Source: Mytilus trossulus (lineage: Eukaryota). Taken from it: 64,000 bases of DNA. The stretch covers positions 58,218,001 to 58,282,000 of the forward strand of contig NC_086386.1 in assembly GCF_036588685.1 (NCBI RefSeq), in the 5' to 3' direction. Shown here piece by piece: positions 51,346 to 62,319 of the stretch. Made by a program: the position numbers and the translations under genes. Position 1 is the stretch's first letter, and the number at the start of each line of letters is the position of its first letter. A model generated the notes under the pieces. It had not been told where the DNA came from. It saw nothing but the letters and a program-made list of their open reading frames with translations, and did not search any database.

Positions 51346-51695
51346 AGTTATGCGTTTACTTTTCAACATTGGCCAGAGGTAAAGGGGAGGGTTGAGATGT
51401 TATAAACATGATTAACCCCACCACAATTGTGAGTTGTCCCAAGTCAGGAGCCGCTGGCCTATGTTAGTCTTGTATGATTTTTGATTTTAGTTGCTTGTGT
51501 ATAATTCGGAGTTTAGTGTGACGTCCATTATCACTGTACTAGTAAACATATTTTAAGGGGCCAGCTGAAGAACGCCTACGAGCGCGGGCGTTTCTCTCTA
51601 CATTGAAGATCCTTTGGTGGCTTTCGGCTGTTGTCTGATCTATAGTCGGGTTGTTGCCGCTTTGACACATTCACCATTTTCTTTCTCAATTTTAT
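51346..51695 (+). mobile_element. Family A short element (diverged)
   Basis: ttatgcgtttacttttc...ggggccagctgaag...gttgttgccgctttgacacattcacc...tctcaatttta. Confidence 0.8.
51371..51459 (+). ncRNA. Twister ribozyme-like fold, family A variant (P4 damaged)
   Basis: ggccagaggt...GGGGAGGG...TAACCCC-AC-cacaattgtg-agttg-TCCCAAGT-CAGG-A-gccgctggcc; alternative P3 hairpin and AC/GT pseudoknot pair. Confidence 0.6.
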
Positions 51696-52259
51696 TTGAA
51701 GTCGTCTTTCTGTTATCAGTCTTGGTAGTTTTTTAATGAATAGTAAGTCATGTAAATGGTAACAGCAAAATATGCAAGAAATCTTTAAAAAGATGAAGTT
51801 GTGTGAAATTAATCAGTATACAAAATGTATAATAAGGTGCAACTGCAACTATTTTCTTTTGCTTTTTTCTGAAGTATTTTTTATGGAAAACTTAGCATTG
51901 CTATATAAAGACTATACACTTTACATTAATTGTTATGGGGTATATAATCAGGTATAACATGTATGCGGTATTTATTACTTCTTAGCGCATTCGTTATGAA
52001 CAAATATAACAATGTAAATCGGAGTATTACAATGTATCAGTATGATTATTTTTCTATTAACAAATCTAAAAGAATAATGTTTTGCTATTTATTTTTTTAT
52101 TTTTTTTCACGTAAATAACATGAATAATACAATATTACATGTATATGTTTCTTTCATTTGTTTTTGCATAATGAATATATCTACAATATTCATATTTTTA
52201 TTATTATAAAAAAACGGATCGATATTGTTATTTATATTAAATCTGTCCATATTCTGTTT

Positions 52260-52950
52260 CATCAATTTTTTTCCCACAACATAACTTTAAAAAGTAATAA
52301 ACCATTCATTGATCTCTCACGTGATTGATATACAGTCTGTCAACATAAATGAAGAAAGAATTACATCCCTTTTATCTGAAAAAATACACGTGGAAATTTA
52401 AATATTATTTCAATACAGATAAGGTTACTTTATTTCTTCAAATAAAGTTCGTTATCTGTATTTTATCATGGGTGATCACTATTGTGATTGCAACTGTATT
52501 TTTTTTTCAAAAGATACAATCAAGTAACACTCGATACAAACGTGTTGTACATTCAAATGCACCAGATGTTAGTTACCACATGTTTCACATTCGATCCAGA
52601 GTAACATAGTTAATATTTTATCAATTACAACTTTACTACAAGTTACGATATCATGTCGGACACTGGCAATGTGAAAATGACATGGTTTTGTAAAAAGGGG
52701 GTAAGTTTATATTTTTCATTACTTTTTATGGTGGCTAAGAAGATAGGATTTTTTTTCACTTTTCCAGTATAATTTGAGGATGTTTTTCTTGCTTAATCTT
52801 GATAATCTATCATGGTATCTAAGACTAGAACGTAACTCAATTAATTTTACCAATTTAACTTGTCCATAACGACCAATACAATTACTAAGTAATATAAAAA
52901 AAGTGTTTGATAATCATCGAGAATAAAAACCGATAATTTAGATTCTTTAA
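52260..52950 (+). repeat. ~0.7 kb duplication, partner at 55630-56290, with exon-like segment ending aaaaagggg|gtaagt
   Basis: Shared ttttcccacaacat, gtgttgtacattcaaatg.accag, ttacaactttacta, gtgaaaatgac, ttagattctttaa. Confidence 0.8.
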
Positions 52951-55900
52951 AATAAAAAGTACAAACTATGTGAAGATCAATATACATTATTTGATTTTGA
53001 TTTTTTTAAGATTATAAACATGTTGATATTTAATGTAATATCATGGGTTAGAAATATTTGTATATACGATGTCTGCACAAACAATGTTTTATTTGTACAA
53101 TTGCATTTACACAAACTCGCTCCAAAGTTATGTCCATGCGATAAATCTTATAAAATCTTTTTTTTTTTAATTCATTCTATAAATTCACTAGTATTTCTTA
53201 TGTGTATTATACAAACATACATGTAGTCAGTATGGATGAATTCAAAACTTGGTGAAGTTCTTAAATTTTATTGCTTAAATATGTGTTTATGCTCATGATT
53301 GAATTATTCCTCAGCGTAGAACACAAACATGTGTCTATAACTAAAACTTGAACAATGATATATTCAGAATATTACAGTTATATTGCTTCATATAGCATTG
53401 GTGTCAAAGCAGACCATGTCAATTTTATATAAAAGGTATTTGTAAAAATAGTTGATATGTAATAATACATCAATAGGAAAACTGATTTAAACAACACTTT
53501 GTTAAATGAAGGCACACGCGGGAGTTGTGGTTTACAAATTACATGAACGCATATTGGTTATTTAATATTGAGCAGTCATGGATAGGGACTGATATAACTA
53601 TAAACTTGTTTAAAGATAAAACTACATTATTTTTACACATAAGACTTGCTATTGTGCTTAAGTGTGTGTAATATAGTTCATTACTAATAATGTTTAAGTT
53701 CATCAAAATATATCAAGCGAAAAAAAATATAGTTGAGCTAGCATTGATGTATGTGCTTTTACTGTAATCGGTATATATTCTATTGAAACTGTTGGAGGAC
53801 ATGAATATTGCTTAACCATTATCTAACTATTAAAATCAAGTATACAATAATTTTACAACTGTATTTATCGTTATCAAAAAATCAAACGTGCATCGGTAAC
53901 GAATTTTATATAGTTAGATTAACAATTTTCTAAGAACTTATAAAAAGAGAAGTAAAAAAAAAAGAAAAATTCCTAGAAGAATTCTGCATGGAAAGTTTAT
54001 AAGCAAATGGCAAATGACAAAATTAGAGACTAAAAAACATCAATCGAACTGATAACAACTTTCATATTCCGGACTTGGTACAGGCATTTAGAAAATGGTG
54101 GAATAAAACTGGGTTTACACTTAGCTAAACATTTTACTTGTATGTCAATAGCCTTCTGAAACGAGGTATGTTTTAAGTGCCGGAACTACTTTTTCATTAA
54201 CCGAGAAATTATTTTAACTAAAAACATTTCTCTAAAAAAAACCTGATATATACTACTAAAACAATCAACAACATACAATACTCTGAAACGCCATCTTTGC
54301 AAAATAATGTAAGGGTTTTCAATATTATCAATCAAATCATCTTTTTTACAAATATGTAATGACATTTTAAGAGTATCATGCCATTTCAATGTACTCTCAG
54401 TAACTTTGAAACACAGATTGTAATCATAAGGTCTGTTTTTTTTCGTAATATCTAAAAATGTATTGAATATTAAGATCCAAGACGACATATTCGTTGCATG
54501 TGTCGTCTTACATTTTAAGATCATGTATGATCGTTACATATGTGGACATATATAATGATGCAAATATAAATAAAACAAGACAAGACAATGCTCGCCAATC
54601 ACACTACTCAATACATTCACGTAATTCCGTCATGAGTCTCTCATGATTTTCATATTAAAAATCAGTTTACCACAATCTATGAAATGAACAGCTACATGTT
54701 GAACCTATCATTGATTTGTTCTCCCAAATGATCTGTTGAAATCAATAATGATAAAACCACTGTCATTGGTGGCATCGAATTTCATTATGTTATTAAAAGT
54801 CTATCCTTGAAATATGAACATCTTGATGTTGTTTTCAGGCAACACTTTACTGTCTCAAAGATAATTGCTACATTCAGTTGAAATATTTTTTTTTTAAATG
54901 AGATCTGTAGAATATAAAACAAAAATTTCATTTATGTATAGCAAACGGAATAAAACTGTACTATATTGGTCATTAAGCAGTCGATTTACGCAATTCGGTA
55001 CATACATGCTTCACATGTAGATAATTTTTTTTTTTTTTTAAATTAAGTTAAATGTTAATTAAGTAACACGGGGACAAGTTGCAAAAAAAAAATATTACAT
55101 GTACCCCGGTTCTATTGAAAGTAAATGAGTCTAGACTATTATAAAAACTGTAGCGAGTACAGTTTCATTTAAGGTAAATAAAAGAATCTACTATTAATAC
55201 TTACCTCCTAGAGCACGCGCGTTTACATTATCTTCAGGTTTTATCCTCGCATTTGCGATATGTTATTTCGAACGTATAATGAAAGGTCTCGTAGTTGAGG
55301 TCAGAACATACGGAAAGAAACTGACGAATAAGAGTCTGGCAGGCCAATGACTTAATGATGGTACATTATGAATACTTTGATGAATTAAAAAAAAGGATTT
55401 TTGTTTAAAACGAGGTTACGTTTACTTTAGTTGAGTTAAATTTAGCTATTCGATTATGTGAACAATACTAAAAAAAAAAAATAATTTAAGTTTAATATCA
55501 CTTTAAAATGTATATCACAATTCAAATTATGTCCTTGAATTGCACTTTTGTGTCCTAAAGGTATCTACTATGTACCTCTTTCTATATTACATCCATGTAT
55601 ATATCTATCTATATTCCCTTTTAACAAATATTTTCCCACAACATCTTTTTGTCAGTTACTAACTAGGAAAACTATGTTAATCGATACATAATTGAAATAC
55701 AGTCCGTCAAAATAAATGAACAAATTATGACAATCCCCATATCGAAAAAAAAGAATACACGTAAAAACTATAATGCAATAAACTTAGGTTTGTTCACAAT
55801 GGTCTAACAAATGTAATCCTTGATCAGTGTTTTTTTCTTCTTTTCTCCAGTTTGTTTTTAACTATATTCTTATATTCTGTTTCTTATATAGAAAATAGAA

Positions 55901-58900
55901 TTAAACTCTTTACAAAAGTGTTGTACATTCAAATGTACCAGGTGTAAGGAAACAACTGTTACACATTCGATCAAGATTAACACAGTTCAATATTTTATAA
56001 TTTACAACTTTACTATACATTACAATATCGTGTTGGAAAGTTGCAAGGTGAAAATGACCTGTTTTGGAAAAAAGGGGGTAAGTGTCCGATTTTCTTTATT
56101 TCTTTTGTTCGAGAAGTAGCCGTTCGACATATCTAAAGAACATTTTCTTGGTAATTAAGAATAGCCTTTGATGATATATAAAAGCAATAAATAAAATTGT
56201 TATTAACGTGCACTAGAAGTTTTCTAATTAGTAGATAAACCGTTCGAAAACCCTTAACAGCATATAAGTTAGATTCTTTAAGATTAAAAATAAAAATGAA
56301 TTTTATTGGTAGCTTAATGCATGATGAATACAGACAAGCAAAACATAGACATTAAAAACAAAGGATGAAGACATTTTTGGAATTATATGACAAAAAGAAG
56401 CCTATAAATTCAAACCAAATTCATCATATGTAAGTTTCACTAAAGTCAGTAAATACGTACATAATGACAACAATAATCAATTATTTCTGTTTTTTCCATA
56501 CTTTTCAAGTTGAAGAAAACTTGCCTCCTATAACGTCTATTTATCGTATAATATATGCATTGCTATAATCATGATGTTTTAAAAATTTGAGATACAATTT
56601 TTCTCTGAACTATTCTGCTAGTTGTAAACTTTAAGAAGAAGAATTATGATAGAAGTTATCACTCTAAGTAACGCATTTGTCTCGATTTTGAAAAATTAAA
56701 ATTATGATGTTTTCGCCGATTTTTAAATTTGCGATATAATTTTACTCGAATATTAATTACAGCATCAGATGATAAGTATGCATTTCACATCATTGTGTTA
56801 ACTTAACCATTATAGCAAAAGATATCGTATACGTACAAATACGTCAAATTAGTATATTGACTCATTTGGAAATGTTTCGATTTATCCAAAGTATATACGA
56901 TCAGATCAGAAACGGTAAAGGTGTAGCTAACATTTTATTAAACAAAATATTCACTTTTACAATTTACTGAATGATAATTCCTTTATAGATGGATCTTCAT
57001 TATTTAGTTTTTATAAATGCGGCAAACGAGCCAATACGAGACTCTGATATTTGTGAGCAGGAATATGATACCGTTTTAACAAATGTATTAGTAATATCAA
57101 AAGCAGCAATGTGTGATCCCCACAACATGCAAAATGATGTTAAAAGTCTTTTAATTTGTTAAACAAACGCTTCGTTTTATATAAAAAAAAAATCAACATA
57201 ATCTTAAAATGGCATGTAAGTCCGAAATGCCTCCTAAAACCAAAATATGCACTGTTAAACAAAATAAAGATTTATTTTTATGGGAAAATATATCAAGCAC
57301 TTGAAGCCGATTTACGATATAAATCTATTTCATGCACCATATTGTTTGAAAATTCTAATGTTACAAATAAACAGCTTTATCTAATAAGCTTCCTAAATTG
57401 ATTGTTGATTGACAATATGACAGAAAAGAATCAATCAAGACTTAAAATCTTACAATGTATATTTATAAGGATTTCCTTCAACGAGATTTTCATAATAATT
57501 GTTTATTCAATAATAACATACTACGGTTCAAGAATACTAAGTGTTATAGTGTCTGAATGATGTACATTTACGTGTTGGTTACATATTGGTAAAATGGAAA
57601 ACCGACATATAAACGTGATATATATGATAAATTTATAGTGTGTATTGTAGAGAAAGAAATAGTTTAATGATTGTATTTGTTATTTAATATTTTGAGGAGT
57701 AATTAATTTAATTAAGAAAACGTATTGAGCATTATTGAATACTGTGCGAAATAGAAGCATACGATTTGATTTGTTATCTTTGTTATACGTTACTCTAAAT
57801 AAGGCATTACACAATATAACTTCACACGATATTCCCCCCCCCCCCTCTTTTTCCCCCGACTTTTCGTTAATGGCTGTTGATTTTAGCAAATTATATATTT
57901 TCAAACACAGAAACGAAACAAAGAAAAAATAACTTTCATTTACTACACACATCACATTCGTGTTTACACTCACTTTCAGATACTTTATCGGTATAATTGT
58001 TAGTATTTATAACTCAGTATGACGTGTTGATTTCTTACTTCTTTTTTCTTCAATTTGTTCATCTTAAAGAAATGCGTCCTTCAAGGTTTCACCAACCATA
58101 CCCAATATTTCCAATCGCCATTACTTAAAAACAACTTAAAAGTTCTAAATGTATAGATGTCAATGATTTTTTCATGAAAATATAACAAGAAACAAACATA
58201 AATAAAATGCAAGATGTTGATCGATTTTTTGTAGATTATATTGTAGACATACAGTTTCAAGCTGCATGCCGTCGTGTCATATGTTATCGCACGTCATAGG
58301 GTTGTGCACGTCATATATTGTAGTATGTCAAATTTTATCATACGTCACATATGCATGATGTTTTTGTATCATCCATATTTCGTCAGGTTCAATTATACAC
58401 ACCTACAATGTGACGTGGCTTCCTGTTACTTTTTTTAGAAAGTCAATAACACAGAATGTGATACATATAAAACATGTTGAAAGTCGCTTTTTAAAGATAA
58501 AAATTAACAATTACTTAACTTATCTGTTGAGCCATTTTGTAATATAAAGGATTGCATTCCTAGCAAATTAATTTGATTTGATCAGAAATTCGCAGTAAAC
58601 TTTGATGAATAAATTATTGCACATCAAAACAATCTTCAGAAGACGCTTCAAATGTTCCAGCTTTAATATGACTGATCAACGGTTGTAGAAGATACTATTT
58701 AAAAGTGTAATTTTAACAAAAAGACGAGACTACTATAGTGTTGCGTATTTTTATCACAATTGCAACATGTGTTAGAATAAGAGATATTAGTTGTATGTTT
58801 AACATGTTTAAGTTAATCTGTAAATCAGTTCATTATGGGTCTACAATATATCTTAATAGAAACATGAAAACGTATACGACTAATGGAGCTGTATACGGTA

Positions 58901-59129
58901 CATGTATATTTTGGTTGTCTATATTATATCAATCCTATTTATTAGAAACAAAGAAATATACTCTGATTTGTCATGTTTTTTCTTCCGCTCATTGCCCTTA
59001 CTGTATTCTTCTCCCTCGACTCATGAGTTGTGATATGGTTTCTGGTATGTAACCACTCTGAACAATTGTACACGTTAGCCGTTAATAGAATGGATACATT
59101 TTGTGAGGTTGCTAACATATATGACCGGA

Positions 59130-60441
59130 CAATAAACTTGTATCTACCGCTTTACAAGCAGAAACAAAAACATTGAAAGTACCAAATATGTATTGGCTTT
59201 CGAGACTACATAAAACAACTTACAAATATAGATTTATTTCCTCATCAAGCCATTGTTCCACTACTAACTTATCTATTATTCGTACCAGTACACTTGGTAC
59301 AATCAAAAACCTGATAACAAAATGTTCAAACAAGGCCTTCGAATACAATGGAATTAGTTAATTTGGAGTTTCAAGAACTCGTTGGAAGTATTTTATAAAT
59401 GGCATGCATATATTAGGGATTTTGAATCTGTTCAAAGTATTGATTTTTCTAACCTTTATACCACATTGCCTCATATTCTCATAAAGAAAAATTCACACAC
59501 CTAATTAGATGCGCATTTAAAAAGTCAGAATGTGAATATATATGTTCAAATTCTTTAAGGTCATTTTAAGTAGCAATAAGCAAAAAAAACTATGTTAATT
59601 AGACATGCTTTGATACTATATCTGCCCTTGGATTGTTACTAGATAATATTTTTCGGATATCCGGATATCGTCAGGTTATCGGAATTTTTATAGGGACTAA
59701 CTGTGCACCACTTATTGCGGACCTGTTTTTGTATTGCTATGAGTTACAATTTATGACAAAAATCAGCAAAGCCCCATCGAAACAACATCTGATACACAAA
59801 TTTAATCATACTTTCCGATATTGGATGATCATTTGACTCTCAATAGTTCCGACTTTGGTATGTATACTAAGAAATGTGCCCTGTTTAACTTACTTTAAAT
59901 AAAGCTAAAACTAACAATGACCACTGCCCTTTCCACGATCTTGATATCTGTATCATTAACGGAAAGCTTCATACTAAAATTTATGATAAAAGACATAATT
60001 TCTCATTTCCTATCGTTAATTATCCATTTTTAGATAGTGACTTTCTCTTGTCACCATTTACGGTGTTTATATATTTCAACTTGTACGATTCGCTCGTATA
60101 TGTAACAATGTTTTAGATTTGTAAAAATATTACACCAGAGTTTTCGATATCACAAACTAGTCAAACAAATTACTAAATGTTATCATCGGTATAAGAACAT
60201 CATTCGTAAATATAGCTCAACCTGCAGACTTCTAAAAGGTTCAGGTACTTCACATCCAATATTTTATGGACATATTCTTTTAAAAGCACAAAAATATTAG
60301 TATTCACCTAAGAGGCTAAAACAACCTTTAAATAGACTTATTAAGAAGGGATATAGTTACGGTACTGTAGTCAGAACATTAAAGATTGTATATTTTGGCG
60401 TTAGTATTGATTTACTTATAGGGTCTTTGCATCGGAACTAA
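59130..60441 (+). pseudogene. 5'-truncated, frameshifted reverse transcriptase of a Penelope-like element (Naiad/Chlamys-type)
   Basis: Fragments across frameshifts: VPNMYWLSRLHKTTYKYRFISSSSHCSTT; LYTTLPH; YRQVIGIFIGTNCAPLIADLFLYCYE; FRY(L)DD; CPFHDLDI; TKIYDKRHNFSFPIVNYPFLDSD..YGVYIFQLVRFARIC; ends SLHRN-TAA at 60441. No C-terminal GIY-YIG, consistent with the permuted (N-terminal EN) clade. Confidence 0.9.
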
Positions 60442-60490
60442 ACACATTTATTTAAAAACCAGTTGTTGGCATGACACGGGTTATTTTCCT

Positions 60491-60560
60491 ATCATGCATG
60501 TTATGATGGTATAATACTGAACCCTTCACGGAAGGATCGTGCCTGACATTCATATGATGA
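60491..60560 (+). promoter_or_regulatory. SECIS-like (type II) stem-loop in retroelement 3' UTR, slightly decayed
   Basis: ATGA(60503)-TGGTATAATACT-GAA-apical ministem-AGGATCGTGCC-TGAC(60547). GA/GA core, GGTATAAT/ATCGTGCC helix, apical AA, and lower helix atcatgcatg/catatgat; ~60 nt after the RT stop. Confidence 0.65.
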
Positions 60561-60751
60561 AGACATACTCTTTCAATCAGTTTAATTGAAGTCACGAGCC
60601 GGCAAGTCAGTTAACTGCTAGTAGTCTTTTTTAATTATATATTATTGGCATTTTGTTTATTTTCTTTGGTTGCTTCTTCTGACATCAGAATCGGTCTTCT
60701 CTTAAACTGAAGTTCAATGTGCGTATTGTTATACGTTTACGTTTCTGCATT

Positions 60752-60842
60752 AGTAAGAGGTATAGGGGGAGGGTTGAGATCTCATAAACATGTTTAACCC
60801 CGCCGCATTTTTGGGCCTGTCCCAAAGCAGGTGCCTCTAGCC
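60752..60842 (+). ncRNA. Twister ribozyme-like fold (type P5), family A, inside the Naiad 3' UTR
   Basis: agaggt-ata-GGGG-GAGGG...T/AA-CCCC-GC-cgcatttttggg-CCTG-TCCCAAAG-CAGG-t-gcctct. Predicted cleavage 60795/60796; loop 4 and P3 mutated in this copy. Confidence 0.65.
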
Positions 60843-60900
60843 TTTTTTATATTTTGTAATTTGGAGTTTAGTATGGCGTTCATTATGACTGAACTAGTAT

Positions 60901-61416
60901 ATTATATAAATAACACATAGCTGAGAGGGTGATAGAACAGATCGGTACCCCGAGAAAACATTGTCAACCGCGGCGCAGCCAAGGTTGACAATGCCTTTTC
61001 GAGGGGTTCGAATCTGCTCTATCACCCTCTCAGCTATGTGTTATTTAATTTATTATACTGAATGTCCTATCATTATTGACTTTTACGGATTACTTTTATT
61101 TCAAAAGTATTTTCTATGACGTCACGTTTATAACAACATTACGGGCATTAGAAAAAAAACCCAATAAAAGTCAAGCAAGATGTTTTATTTTATTTATTCT
61201 AACAGTCGATATTAAAATCTGAGCCAAAACGAAGAACTTAAGCATTCTATGTAATTCCTTGATGTAAATTCAATTCTTTGAATTATCGATTTCTGATTAG
61301 TGTAGACGAGAGGGTCACATTAAAACAAATTGTCCCGGCTCAGCCATGTGATAGAGTAAATTGACACACTCGTCTTAGCCAATCAAAATATGGCATTTTA
61401 ACGTGAAGTATAATAA
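60901..61416. mobile_element. Insertion with long subterminal palindrome (possibly non-autonomous Crypton-type)
   Basis: Interrupts the family-A sequence between gaactagtat and atatatttgtt. Hairpin 60907-61047 has a perfect 30-bp outer stem; no TIR or TSD seen. Confidence 0.7.
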
Positions 61417-62144
61417 ATATATTTGTTAAGGGGTACCAGCTGAAGACCGCTTCCGGGTGCTGGAATTTCTCGCTGCATTGAAGACTTGATGGTGAACTTC
61501 TGCTGTTGTCAGCTCTATGGTCGGGTTATTGTCTCTTTGACACCTTCCCCATTTTCATTCTCAATTTTATCTTACTCAAACGTGTCTCATTTACGTATAC
61601 ATCACGTTGTCTTTTAATAGACATAATTAAATCCACGATACTTATATAAGGCTATATGTAAAAATAAAAGGTGAATGCATGTTTGATTAGTATAGAAAGC
61701 CACACTAAATTAAAGTGTATTGTAAAAAAATATTAACGTGAAATGTATACAACGTTTGTGGCAGCTATTCTTCCTAATACCTATTCAATTACATTTTATG
61801 TTCGACTACAAAAATGTTAGAGAGTAATAAAAAAAGGTGCAATACTTACTATGAGTGGACACAAAAAGTGGTCAACTGGAAAGCTATAAATTGACAAGCA
61901 ATGATTCCTGAAACGCAGTTATGACATTAACAAATATATGACACCTTTCAAATCGTGACGAATATAACTTACATGTAATTGTTGGAATGTACAATGATAT
62001 TTATATGTAGTTGTAATGTAAGTGACATTCAAAATACTCAACTCAATCGGCGACTCCTAGTAGCTTTTTGAAGTAGTAATGAAAACAGTTTTCGCTAGTG
62101 TTATTTTTGGTGATATTATATCGGCCTTTTCTTTTAATTTTCAG

Positions 62145-62319
62145 TCATTTGACGATGAAAAGCAGTTGTGTAAAACATCAATTGATTGGAGAAAAAACAA
62201 ACAATGTGACCAAGAGCCCCAATATGAAGCAATTATGATACAAATCCAGGAGGCAAACAAAGAGGCTGAAAACACATGTGATTTCATTTGCAGAAGTAGT
62301 AAAATAATGTGTCATACAG
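62145..62319 (+). CDS. Internal coding exon of a TMEM272-like membrane protein gene (N-terminal cytoplasmic part)
   Basis: Pyrimidine tract + CAG acceptor (cttttaattttcag|62145) and CAG|GTGAAT donor. Encodes SFDDEKQLCKTSIDWRKNKQCDQEPQYEAIMIQIQEANKEAENTCDFICRSSKIMCHT plus 1 nt; the phase-1 end splices in frame to 63486. Confidence 0.75.

Larger units (their letters stand above)
24280..55050 (-). repeat. Array of old collinear tandem duplications (units ~24.3-30.0, ~30.9-37.1, ~38.9-43.5 kb; partial units ~46.0-47.7, 48.6-49.6, 50.8-51.2, 54.8-55.0 kb)
   Basis: Recurrent blocks in conserved order: atgtactgca...aactctcatgaa (24832, 33599, 41596), tctgctagt (27764, 35786, 42863), ttgtcaatttattagtct (29791, 36922, 43363), ttgatgtt..c.tcaggg (31896, 39969, 47387, 49074, 50914, 54823). 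Confidence 0.85.
59130..61570 (+). mobile_element. Truncated Naiad-type Penelope-like retroelement including 3' UTR/pseudo-LTR, interrupted at ~60901-61416
   Basis: RT remnant followed by a 3' UTR matching the dispersed family-A repeats at 11358-11787, 33658-34078 and 51346-51695, ending ...cattctcaatttta. Confidence 0.85.

Noticed and set aside
56989-57162. 57-codon ORF after an AG acceptor-like site
   Set aside because: No convincing donor, no recognisable motif.
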